Below, in pieces: positions 32,898 through 46,307 of a stretch of 64,000 nucleotides of DNA (positions within the stretch are counted from its first letter, which is position 1; every line of letters begins with the position of its first letter). Source of the stretch: Eledone cirrhosa (lineage: Eukaryota); assembly GCA_964016885.1 (NCBI GenBank), contig OZ024764.1, positions 13,516,001 to 13,580,000 on the forward strand. Direction: 5' to 3'. The position numbers were made by a program, and so were the translations under genes. The notes below the pieces were generated by a model. The model searched no databases, had not been told where the DNA came from, and was given only the letters and a program-made list of their open reading frames with translations.

Positions 32898-34130
32898 AAC
32901 AACAACACCACCACCACCGCCACCACCACCACCACCGCCACCACTACCACCACCACCACTACTACCACCACCACCTCCACCACCACCACTACCACCACTA
33001 CCACCACCACCACCACTGCTACCACCGCCACCAAAACTACCACCAACAACACCACCAATTGTAACACCACCACCACCACCACCACCACCATCACCAATAA
33101 CAACAACAACATCAACACCACCACCAATAGCAACAGCAACAACGACACCAACACCACCACCACCACCACCAATAACAACAACAACACCAACACCACCAAC
33201 AGCAACAACGACACCACCACCACCACCACCACCACCACCAATAACAACAACAACATCAACACCACCAACAGCAACACCAACACCACCACCACCACCACCA
33301 CCACCACCAATAACAACAACACCAACACCACCAACAGCAACACCAACACCACCACCACCACCACCACCACCACCAATAACAACAACAACATCAACACCAC
33401 CACCAATAGCAACAGCAACAACGACACCAACACCACCACCACCACCACCACCAATAACAACAACAACACCAACACCACCAACAGCAACAACGACACCACC
33501 ACCACCACCACCACCACCACCAATAACAACAACAACATCAACACCACCAACAGCAACACCAACACCACCACCACCACCACCACCACCACCAATAACAACA
33601 ACACCAACACCACCAACAGCAACACCAACACCACCACCACCACCACCACCACCACCAATAACAACAACAACATCAACACCACCACCACCAATAGCAACAG
33701 CAACAACGACACCAACACCACCACCACCACCACCACCAATAACAACAACAACACCAACACCACCAACAGCAACAACGACACCACCACCACCACCACCACC
33801 AATAACACCACCACCACCACCACCACCACCACCAACAACAACACCACCACCAACACCACCACCAACAACAACACCACCACCAACACCAACAACGACACCA
33901 CCACCAACACCACCACCAACAATACCACCAACAACAGCACCATCACCACAACACCACCACCACACCACCACCCACCACCACCACCACCATCACCACCACC
34001 ACACCACCACCACCATCACCACCACACCACCACACCACCACCACCACCACCACCATCGCCACCACCACTACCACCACCACTACCACCACACCACCACACC
34101 ACCACCACCACTACCAACAACAACAACAAC
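32898..34130. repeat. Cryptic (ACC/AAC)n array with higher-order duplication
   Basis: Visible in sequence. Confidence 0.9.
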
Positions 34131-34297
34131 ATTGAAGACGCTGTATGTAAATGTATGTGATGATGATGATGATGATGGTGATGATGAACTGTCACCAACT
34201 GTGAGGACCATTCCCAGTTTCGTTCCACCAATCCTGTTTTTTGTATATTTACTCCATTGTTGTGTATGTCTGGAGGGTGTATATTTAGTATATACGC

Positions 34298-34341
<44 letters not shown>

Positions 34342-34346
34342 TATAT

Positions 34347-34554
34347 AACGAAGGAAATGTGGTAAGGAACCAGATGGACCATAACGCACCAAAGTACTCA
34401 ATACTTAGGGTAGTAGAGTGGGTAATAGGAACGAGTAGGACCCCGACGGCTGAGCTCAAGCCGTTACGACGGCTAATTCTGGACTAAATTAGCCGTCTAG
34501 TTCAGAATTAGCCGTCGAAACGGCTTGAGCTCAGCCGTCGGGGTCCTACTCGTT

Positions 34555-34559
<5 letters not shown>
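34347..34559. mobile_element. Family H island (half-hammerhead GAAACggcttgagctcagccGTC) with fold-back 34425-34559
   Basis: Same family at 25476-25574, 34780-35006, 36876-37096, 37137-37327 and 59581-59642. Confidence 0.8.
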
Positions 34560-34595
<36 letters not shown>

Positions 34596-34598
<3 letters not shown>

Positions 34599-34770
34599 TC
34601 TACTTTAGGCACAAGGCCAGCAATAACCCAGTTCATTACTGGTACTTTATTTTATCGACCCCGTAAGGATGAAAGGCAAAGTCAACCTCGGCGGGATTTG
34701 AACTCAGATCGTAAAGGGACGTAAGTATGCTGGAAAGCATGGCGTCCGACCCTCTACCGATACTGCCAAT
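34596..34770 (-). mobile_element. SINE S1
   Basis: Reverse complement of the S1 consensus. Confidence 0.85.
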
Positions 34771-34779
34771 ATAACAAAG

Positions 34780-35001
34780 AAATTGTGGTAAGGAACCAGA
34801 TGGACCATAACGCACCAGAGTACTCAATACTTAGGGTAGTAGAGTGGGTCATAGGAACAAGTATGACCCCGACGGCAGAGCTCAAGCCGTTTCGACGGCT
34901 AATTCTGGACTAAATTAGAATTCACCAGGCTAAATATTCTAATTTAGTCCAGAAATAGCTGTCGAAACGGCTTGAGCTCTGCCGTCGGGGTCATACTTTT
35001 T

Positions 35002-35006
<5 letters not shown>
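34780..35006. mobile_element. Family H island with fold-back 34851-35006
   Basis: Homology to 34347-34559; inverted arms. Confidence 0.8.
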
Positions 35007-35034
<28 letters not shown>

Positions 35035-35166
35035 CTTTAGGTTTGTTAGTTCACCACTGGATAGCATTAGTCATTCCGTATGGTTAATCTTGGTGTCATC
35101 TTGGTGATTCATATGGATCATAGTATAATAAACCTTTCAAGGATTTACACCAGTCCAGCCTCCTGT

Positions 35167-35224
<58 letters not shown>

Positions 35225-35348
35225 GTAGGAGGTGAGTTTTATTGTAGTACAATAAGGCAATGCAGATATCGGATAAGAAGCACTCTACAGTTTGTAGGAC
35301 TGGAGTATACATAATATAAGATCAAAAGATGGTTAAAGGAGTTCCATG

Positions 35349-35419
35349 TATTTTATTATGCGCATTTCAAAAACAAACATCATCATGCAATAATATTTGT
35401 GTTTTCATCAGATAAAACA
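35349..35419 (-). ncRNA. Type I hammerhead ribozyme motif, family B (left arm of palindrome)
   Basis: Reverse complement of 35537-35607. Confidence 0.85.
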
Positions 35420-35536
35420 GGAGAACATGATATGAAGGCTAAAAAACACTTGTGGATAGTGCAGTTTTGATTTAAAACAGTTGATTTAAAACTGCACTAT
35501 CCACAAGTGTTTTTTAGCCTTCATATCATGTTCTCC

Positions 35537-35607
35537 TGTTTTATCTGATGAAAACACAAATATTATTGCATGATGATGTTTGTTTTTGAAATGCGCATAA
35601 TAAAATA
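35537..35607 (+). ncRNA. Type I hammerhead ribozyme motif, family B (right arm of palindrome)
   Basis: tgttttat-CTGATGA-aaacacaaatattatt...gatgatgtttgttttt-GAAA-tgcgcATA-ataaaata. Confidence 0.85.
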
Positions 35608-35635
35608 CATGGAACTCCTTTAACCATCTTTTGAT

Positions 35636-35688
<53 letters not shown>

Positions 35689-35732
35689 CAGAATATTAAT
35701 AAATGAAGACATTCACATAATCAAAATATATG

Positions 35733-35794
35733 TTTTATTATATATATTTCGAAGGTACTTTGCTGTTTTTTCAGTACGTCCGCATCAGATAAAA
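35733..35794 (-). ncRNA. Degenerate hammerhead motif, family A (core CTGATGC)
   Basis: Reverse strand ttttat-CTGATGC-ggacgtactg...agtaccttc-GAAA-tatatATA-ataaaa. Flanks are homologous to 30933-31100. Confidence 0.6.
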
Positions 35795-35849
35795 TACATG
35801 AATCGATGTATGACATACCTCAACGGTCTTGATGGTTCAATTCCAGTAT

Positions 35850-36400
35850 ATTAAAGATGATGCCAGCATCATTTGGGCAAAGCTGATGGAATATTTTCCA
35901 CATCATGCAGATAATGTAGCGCTCACGGCGGCGTTGGAGAGAATAAAGGTTGAGCTTTTCTCGTCGACCCCAGTAGTCAAGGCCTGTAAGCCGTCTATTT
36001 TGTTTGTGGTTGACAATTGAGGTGCTTCAACTTTCATGATACTTTGTTTCGTGTGGGGAGACCACAGTGGACAACAGTATTCAAGGTGGGGTCGGGCAAA
36101 AGTGGAGCAGAGAAGGATAATGGTGTGGATATCTCGCGACTGTAAAGTTCTGAGAATCTAGGAACACATTCTGCGAGCCATGTCAACTTTGCTGTTTATA
36201 TGAGTGGCCCAGCTTATGTTGTTATCAGCATTCACTCTCAAGTCCCTGATGTTGTTGGGTGTCACAAGAGTTTCATCTGAAGGACGGGAATATGAGAGTT
36301 TCAGTGCATCATTTTCAAAGTAGATTAACTCAAATTTATCCTCGTTCAGCAGCATATTGTTTTTTTTATCCGCCCATTGGATAACAAAACAATAGATCTG
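35850..36400 (-). pseudogene. Degenerate CR1/L2-group LINE ORF2 fragment (RT C-terminal region)
   Basis: Reverse translation gives WADKKNNMLLNEDKFEL...IRDLRV..DNNISWATHINSKVDMARRMCS*ILRT...RPHLEYCCPLWSP...LDYWGRREKLNLYSLQRRRERY, with stops and frameshifts. Confidence 0.85.
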
Positions 36401-36634
36401 ATTGAAGGCATGTCTGGTTTGCCACTCCATTGATGGCATTCTGGTTCGTCCACAGATTTGATGTGATTTTTGTTGTGTTAACACAATGGTCTGAGGATCA
36501 GGCAGACTTGGAGTCTGGTCTCGGGTGCCATCCCAGATCACGAGCCCGCTGCTTGAGAAACATTTGTAACCAGGATTGAGCAATAAATCTCCTATGTAAC
36601 ATCTCCACTTTGTTTATATATATATATATTTGTG

Positions 36635-36852
36635 AAGGCGTGTGGCTGAGTGGTTAGAGAATTGGATTCGCAATCGTGAGGTTGTGAGTTCGATTCCTGG
36701 ACCGGGCGATGCGTTATGTCCTTGAGCAAGACACTTTATTTCATATTGCTCCTTCTACCTGGAGTTGCGACCGATAGATAGTATTAGCAATTGGAAAGAC
36801 CGATGGAAACATTGTTTCCTCGGTCTGATTTGACGAAAGTCGATCGTTCCTT
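36635..36852 (+). mobile_element. SINE S2
   Basis: Close match to 31132-31350. Confidence 0.8.
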
Positions 36853-36875
36853 TATATATATATATATATATATAT

Positions 36876-37095
36876 AACGAAGGAAATGTGGTAAGGAACC
36901 AGGTGGACCATAACGCACCAAAGTACTCAATACTTAGGGTAGTAGAGTGGGTAATAGGAACGAGTAGGACCCCGACGGCTGAGCTCAAGCCGTTTCGACA
37001 GCTATTTCTGGACTCCAGAAATAGCTGTTGAAACGGCTTGAGCCCTGCCGTCGGGGCTCCGACTCTTTTCCTATTACCCACTCTACTACCCTAAG

Positions 37096-37139
<44 letters not shown>

Positions 37140-37327
37140 CGAAGGAAATGTGGTAAGGAACCAGATGGACCATAACGCACCAGAGTACTCAATACTTAGG
37201 GTAGTAGAGTGGGACATAGGAAAAAGTATGACCCTGACGGCAGAGCTCAAGCCGTTTCGGCGGCTATTTCTGGAAATAGCCGTCGAAACGGCTTGAGCTC
37301 TGCCGTCGGGGTCATACTTTTTCCTAT
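36876..37327. mobile_element. Two family H islands separated by (TA)n, each folded back (36932-37096 and 37216-37327)
   Basis: Homology to 34347-34559; inverted arms meet at ctgg(ac). Confidence 0.8.
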
Positions 37328-37659
37328 ATATATATATGTATATAAAATTTGTCCCATATAGACATGTACACACACACACACACACACACATACACACATA
37401 CACGTATTTGTAATCACTCCCGCATACACGCACACGCACACGTACACACACACACGTACACACACTCACACACACACACGTGCCCTGCGTCGTATTAGCA
37501 CACAAGTGGTCGATTGAGATAAAACGAAATGGAAAAGAGACGGCATGAGGTGTAGTGAGAGGAAGAGAAGTGGCAGGAGGTGGTGGAGGAGGGGTGAGGG
37601 GCGTGAAAGTGAGCCAGAGAAGGAGGAGGAGGAGGGGGGGGGGAACAATGACCGTATGG

Positions 37660-38320
37660 AGGGTGTGGTTGTAGTTGTGATGGTGGTGGTGGTGTTAGTG
37701 AAGGTGGTAATGGTGGTGGTTGTGGTCTTGGTCGTGATGGTGATGATGGTGGTGGTGGTGGTGGTCGTCGTGATAGTGGTGATGATGCTGATGATGATGG
37801 TGATGGTGGTGGTGGTGGTCGTCGTGGTGGTGGTGATGGTGGTGGTTGTGACGGTGGTGGCGGTGTTAATGATGGTGGTGATGGTTATGATGGTGGTAGT
37901 GGTGATGGTGGTGATGATGGTGGTGGTGGTGATGGCGGTGTTGATGGTGGTGGTGGTGGTTATGATGGTGGTAGTGGTGATGATGGTGATGGCGGTGTTG
38001 ATGGTGGTAGTGGTGATGGTGGTGGTGGTGTTGATGGTGATGGTGTTGATGGTGGTGATGATGGTGGTGGTGATGGTGGTAGTGTTGATGGTGGTGATGA
38101 TGGTGGTAGTGTTGATGGTGGTGGTGATGGTGGCGGTGTTGATGGCGGTGATGATGGTGGTGGTGATGGTGATGATGATGGTGGTGGTGTTGATGATGGT
38201 GGCGGTGATGATGGTGGTGGTTGTTATGATGGTGGTAACGGTGTTGATGGCGAAGGTGGTGATGGTGGTGGTGGTGATGATGATGGTGGTGGTGGTGGTG
38301 TGGTGGTGGTGGTGGAGGGG
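37660..38320. repeat. Cryptic (GGT/GAT)n array
   Basis: Visible in sequence; a similar (CAT/CAC)n array lies at 41800-42160. Confidence 0.9.
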
Positions 38321-38441
38321 AGGGATGGTTGTAAGAGGAAATACCGGACGGTGTGTGAACATCCGTTTTGTAGACTGAGGAACAATGTGTTAAGCTGTTC
38401 TTGTGCCATGGTTGTTGTTGTTGTTCCTGTTGTTGTAGTTG

Positions 38442-38523
<82 letters not shown>

Positions 38524-38782
38524 TAAACATACACACATATACATATATATGAACATATATGTATAAATATAAGTTTTTGTATATATATATATGTATATGT
38601 GTATGTATATATATATATGTATAATATATATATGTACATATGTATATATATATGTATATATATATGTATATGTGTATGTATATATATATATATGTATAAT
38701 ATATATATGTACATATGTATATATATATATGTATATATGTATGTATATATATATATGTATAATATATATATATGTACATATG

Positions 38783-38818
<36 letters not shown>

Positions 38819-38893
38819 AGTATATATATATGTATATGTGTATGTATATATATATATGTATAATATATATATGTACATATGTATATATATATG

Positions 38894-38924
<31 letters not shown>

Positions 38925-39185
38925 GTATATGTACATTTATATATATATATGTGCATATATATATATATATATATATGTGCATATATATATATTATACTTA
39001 TATATATATACATATATATACATATATATACATATATATATATACATTATACATATATACATATATACATATATACATAATCTGTGTTATGTGTAGTGGT
39101 GGTGGTGGTGGTGGTGTATAAGAGAAGAAGGGTGAAATATGAAGATTTATAAGGACGGGAAATCTAATCGGTGAAACAATAGAGA

Positions 39186-40553
<1,368 letters not shown>

Positions 40554-40569
40554 TCAAATTTATTATCAT

Positions 40570-40625
<56 letters not shown>

Positions 40626-40702
40626 ATGTCTGTGTATATATATGTGTATGTCTGTATGTGTACGTGTGTGTCCATATCCAGAGGTGAACTAAAGCCTTAT
40701 AG

Positions 40703-41760
40703 TAACTACACCAGTCATACAATAAACCACCACATAGCAGGAGAGGTGGTCAGCGTAACGGATTATAACACACTTGGCTGTTCATGTTGAAGGCGTGTCT
40801 AGGTCTTTTATACTAACTACACCAGTCATATAATAAACCACCGCAGACTCTAGTAGCAGGAGAGGTGGTCACCGTAACGGATTATAACACACTTGGCTGT
40901 TCATGTTGAAGGCGTGTCTAGGTCTTTTATACTAACTACACCAGTCATATAATAAACCACCGCAGACTCTAGTAGCAGGAGAGGTGGTCACCGTAACGGA
41001 TTATAACACACTTGGCTGTTCATGTTGAAGGCGTGTCTAGGTCTTTTATACTAACTACACCAGTCATATAATAAACCACCGCAGACTCTAGTAGCAGGAG
41101 AGGTGGTCACCGTAACGGATTATAACACACTTGGCTGTTCATGTTGAAGGCGTGTCTAGGTCTTTTATACTAACTACACCAGTCATATAATAAACCACCG
41201 CAGACTCTAGTAGCAGGAGAGGTGGTCACCGTAACGGATTATAACACACTTGGCTATTCATGTTGAAGGCGTGTCTAGGTCTTTTATACTAACTACACCA
41301 GTCATATAATAAACCACCACATACTCTAGTAGCAGGAGAGGTGGTCACCGTAACGGATTATAACACACTTGGCTGTTCATATTGAAGGCGTGTCTAGGTC
41401 TTTTATACTAACTACACCAGTCATATAATAAACCACCGCAGACTCTAGTAGCAGGAGAGGTGGTCACCGTAACGGATTATAACACACTTGGCTGTTCATA
41501 TTGAAGGCGTGTCTAGGTCTTTTATACTAACTACACCAGTCATATAATAAACCACCACATACTCTAGTAGCAGGAGAGGTGGTCACCGTAACGGATTATA
41601 ACACACTTGGCTGTTCATATTGAAGGCGTGTCTAGGTCTTTTATACTAACTACACCAGTCATATAATAAACCACCGCAGACTCTAGTAGCAGGAGAGGTG
41701 GTCACCGTAACGGATTATAACACACTTGGCTGTTCATATTGAGGGCGTGTGTAGGTCTTT
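40703..41760. repeat. 119-bp tandem repeat, about 9 copies
   Basis: Unit taactacaccagtcatataataaaccaccgcagactctagtagcaggagaggtggtcaccgtaacggattataacacacttggctgttcatgttgaaggcgtgtctaggtcttttatac. Confidence 0.95.
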
Positions 41761-42314
41761 TGTTTTTTTTTTTATTTTCCTTTCTTTGTTTCTGTATTTT
41801 CATCGCCATCACCGTTATTGTTATTGTAATTTTCATCGTCTTTGTCATCATCATCACCATCACCATCATCGTCATTGTTGTCACCATCATCACCATCATC
41901 ATCATCATCATCACCATCACAATCAGTACCATCACCACCATCATCATCATCATCACCATCACCATCACCATCACCATCGTCGTCATCGTTGTCGTCATGA
42001 CCATCACCATCACCACCATCATCATCACCATCACCATCACCATCATCGTCATCGTTGTCGTCATGACCATCACCATCACCACCATCATCATCACCATCAC
42101 CATCACCATCACAATCAGTACCATCACCACCATCACCATCACCATCACCAGCAACACTATTGTTGCCATTACTATTTTTATTATTCCTACCGTTTTCCCT
42201 TCGTTGCTGTCCCCTTCAATTTATTAGATATAAACCCTAATTTTATACAGTTTTCCATCCTTGTATTGTCCCTCAATGATTTGGGCCCCTTGCGGGCCCA
42301 AATAAAAAACATTG

Positions 42315-42425
42315 GTTCTTTACGTTCTGATTTTAAATCCCGCCATCCTTACGTGGTCGATAAAATAAAGTACCAGTAATACACTTGGGTAATAGCTGGC
42401 CTTTGTGCCAAAAGTAGAAACAATT
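42315..42425 (+). mobile_element. Truncated SINE S1
   Basis: ctttacgttctga...gtcgataaaataaagtaccag...gtagaaacaatt. Confidence 0.75.
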
Positions 42426-42433
42426 ATATATAA

Positions 42434-43169
42434 CAGTCATATGAAACTAAGGGTCCTTCGAGGGCCGTATGGGTCACCTATGTGTTGTCTGAGGGCCAGG
42501 TGTCACCTATGTGTTGTCTGAGGGCAACGTGTCATCTATGTGTTGTCTGAGGGCCATGTGGGTCACATATGTGTTGTCTGAGGGCCACGTGTCACCTATG
42601 TGTTGTCTGAGGGCAACGTGTCACCTATGTGTTGTCTGAGGGCCATATGGGTCAAATATGTGTTGTCTGAGGGCCACGTGTCACCTATGTGTTGTCTGAG
42701 GGCAACGTGTCACCTATGTGTTGTCTGAGGGCCATATGGGTCACATATGTGTTGTCTGAGGGCCACGTGTCACCTATGTGTTGTCTGAGGGCCACATGGG
42801 TCACATATGTGTTGTCTGAGGGCCACGTGTCACCTATGTGTTGTCTGAGGGCCACATGGGTCACATATGTGTTGTCTGAGGGCCACGTGTCACCTATGTG
42901 TTGTCTGAGGGCAACGTGTCACCTATGTGTTGTCTGAGGGCCATATGGGTCACCTATGTGTTGTCTGAGGGCCACGTGTCACCTATGTGTTGTCTGAGGG
43001 CCACATGGGTCACATATGTGTTGTCTGAGGGCCACATACGACAACTAGTTGTGCGCATTACTACACATTTTAAAATTTTATATTACGAAAATAAAACATG
43101 CTCGCGCTGTAAAATCCTTTGTGCGGGCCGCAGGTGTGCTTGTAAAGGGCCGCATGTTTGACATGTCTG
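42434..43169. mobile_element. hAT-like MITE with an internal 29/31-bp minisatellite (about 19 units, 42465-43036)
   Basis: Ends cagtcatatgaaac and gggccgcatgtttgacatgtctg. Flanks atatataa/ctatataa (7/8 TSD). Unit gtcacctatgtgttgtctgagggccacgt. Confidence 0.75.
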
Positions 43170-44963
43170 CTATATAACACTGTCTGTCCAGCCCCACATG
43201 TAATCTAACCCCATGTTTATAATGTTTAATGTATTATATATAACACTGTCTGTCCAGCCCCACATGTAATCTAACCCCATGTTTATAATGTTTAATGTAT
43301 TATATATAACACTGTCTGTCCAGCCCCACATGTAATGTAACCCCATGTTTATAATGTTTAATGTATTATATATAACACTGTCTGTCCAGCCCCACATGTA
43401 ATGTAACCCCATGTTTATAATGTTTAATGTATAATATATAACACTGTCTATCCAACCCCACATGTAATGTAACCCCATGTTTATAATGTTTAATGTATTA
43501 TATATAACACTGTCTGTCCAGCCCCACATGTAATGTAACCCCATGTTTATAATGTTTAATGTATTATATATAACAATGTCTGTCCAGCCCCACATGTAAT
43601 GTAACCCCATGTTTATAATGTTTAATGTATTATATATAACACTGTCTGTCCAGCCCCACATGTAATGTAACCCCATGTTTATAATGTTTAATGTATTATA
43701 TATAACACTGTCTGTCCAGCCCCACATGTAATGTAACCCCATGTTTATAATGTTTTATGTATTATATATAACACTGTCTGTCCAACCCCACATGTAATGT
43801 AACCCCATGTTTATAATGTTTAATGTATTATATATAACACTGTCTGTCCAGCCCCACATGTAATGTAACCCCATGTTTATAATGTTTAATGTATAATATA
43901 TAACACTGTCTATCCAACCCCACATGTAATGTAACCCCATGTTTATAATGTTTAATGTATTATATATAACACTGTCTGTCCAGCCCCACATGTAATGTAA
44001 CCCCATGTTTATAATGTTTAATGTATTATATAACACATTCCAGCCCCACATGTAATGTAACCCCATGTTTATAATGTTTTATGTATTATATATAACACTG
44101 TCTGTCCAACCCCACATGTAATGTAACCCCATGTTTATAATGTTTAATGTATTATATATAACACTGTCTGTCCAGCCCCACATGTAATGTAACCCCATGT
44201 TTATAATGTTTAATGTATAATATATAACACTGTCTATCCAACCCCACATGTAATGTAACCCCATGTTTATAATGTTTAATGTATTATATATAACACTGTC
44301 TGTCCAGCCCCACATGTAATGTAACCCCATGTTTATAATGTTTAATGTATTATATATAACACATTCCAGCCCCACATGTAATGTAACCCCATGTTTATAA
44401 TGTTTAATGTATTATATATAACACTGTCTGTCCAGCCCCACATGTAATGTAACCCATGTTTATAATGTTTAATGTATTATATATAACAATGTCTGTCCAG
44501 CCCCACATGTAATGTAACCCCATGTTTATAATGTTTAATGTATTATATATAACACTGTCTGTCCAGCCCCACATGTAATGTAACCCCATGTTTATAATGT
44601 TTAATGTATTATATATAACACTGTCTGTCCAGCCCCACATGTAATGTAACCCCATGTTTATAATGTTTAATGTATTATATATAACACTGTCTGTCCAGCC
44701 CCACATGTAATCTAACCCCATGTTTATAATGTTTAATGTATTATATATAACACTGTCTGTCCAACCCCACATGTAATGTAACCCCATGTTTATAATGTTT
44801 AATGTATTATATATAACACTGTCTGTCCAACCCCACATGTAATGTAACCCCATGTTTATAATGTTTAATGTATTATATATAACACAGTCCAGCCCCACAT
44901 GTGATGAAACCTCTATATTTGTAGTATTTACCTTAGTATATATAACACTGTCTGTCCAGCCCC
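43170..44963. repeat. 66-bp minisatellite, about 26 copies, with degenerate units continuing to about 46200
   Basis: Unit tatataacactgtctgtccagccccacatgtaatgtaaccccatgtttataatgtttaatgtatta. Confidence 0.95.
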
Positions 44964-44964
44964 T

Positions 44965-45450
44965 GGTGGAGGCACGTGGCCTAGTGGTAAGGGTGTTGGG
45001 CTTACGATCATAATGTCGTGGGTTCGATTCCTGGGTTGTGTGTTGTGCTCTTGAGCAAAACACTTCATTTCACGTTGCTCCAGTAAACTCAGTTGAAAAT
45101 GTGAACCAGCAATAGCTGGAGGTTAACCCTGCGATGGACTGGCGTCCTGTCCAGGGGGTAGTCTTGTACTCTCAGTCGCTTCACGCCATGAAACCGGGAT
45201 AAGTACCAGCAATAGCTGGGGGTTTAACCCTGCAATGGACTGGCGTCCTGTCCAGGGGAGAAGTCTTGTACTCTCAGTCACTTTACACCATGAAACCGGG
45301 ATAAGTACCAGTAATAGCTGGGGGGTTTAACCTTGCAATGGACTGGCGTCCTGTCCAGGGGGAAGTCTTATACTCTGTCGCTTCACACCATGAAACCGGG
45401 GTAAGCACCGGCCAAATGAACCTTCTGGCTTAAGACAGACTTAAGACTTT
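44965..45450 (+). mobile_element. S2-related SINE with a different tail, whose about 100-bp 3' segment is triplicated
   Basis: tggcctagtgg...ggttcgattcc...cttgagcaaaacacttcatttcac, then three copies of ccctgc(g/a)atggactggcgtcctgtccagggg. Confidence 0.8.
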
Positions 45451-45560
45451 TTATATATAACATTGTTTGCTCGGCCCTATATGTAATGTAACCCCTATAT
45501 ATATATATATAATATTTACTGTATTATATATAACATTTACTGTATTATATATACATTTAA

Positions 45561-46056
45561 CCCTTTAGCATTTAAACCGGTCGTATCCGGCCAGAATTCT
45601 CTAAGCTCTTTCTGTTCAAATTGGCCGTAACTGGCTGCTCATACTAATGTGAAGGTATTGTTCTCAAAATAAATAATATCAAAATCTCATAGATTCAATA
45701 TTATGTGAGGTAAAGCCTTTACTGTGAAAATACAATAGTATATATAGAGTAATGTAAATGTTATGTGAGATATTATGTGAGGTAAAGACTTTACTGTGAA
45801 AATATAATAGTATATATAGAGTAATGTAAATGTTATGTGAGATATTATGTGAGGTAAAGCCTTTACTGTGAAAATACAATAGTATATATAGAGTAATGTA
45901 AATGTTATGTGAGATATTATGTGAGGTAAAGCCTTTACTGTGACAATACAATAGTATATATAGAGTAATGTAAATGTTATGTGAGGTATTATGTGAAGTA
46001 AAGCCTTTACTGTGACAATACAATAGTAAATATAGAGTAATGTAAATGTTAAAGGG
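45561..46056. mobile_element. piggyBac-like MITE with an internal 72-bp tandem repeat (about 5 copies)
   Basis: TTAA|ccctttagcattt ... aaatgttaaaggg|TTAA. Confidence 0.8.
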
Positions 46057-46307
46057 TTAATGTAACCCCTATATTTATAATAATTACTCTATTATAACAT
46101 TGTCTGTCCAGCCCCATATGGTATGTGACCCCTATGTAACACTGCCTGTTATCCCCACATTTAATGTACCCCCACATGTAATGTACCCCCACATGTAATA
46201 TTTACAATGCGAAATTACTTCATTATATTTAACAATGTTCGGCTCCCTATGCCACGTGACGCCAAGGCCTGCTACATTTGTTTCAATTTCAATAAACAAT
46301 GCTGTAT

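Larger units (their letters stand above)
35314..35642. repeat. About 330-bp palindrome of family B containing two complete hammerheads
   Basis: Arms are reverse complements around about 35478. Confidence 0.9.

Noticed and set aside
43170-45063. Repeat-protein ORFs (MGLHYMWGWTDSVIYNTLNIIN)n
   Set aside because: By-product of a 66-bp unit divisible by three; broken by stops and indels.
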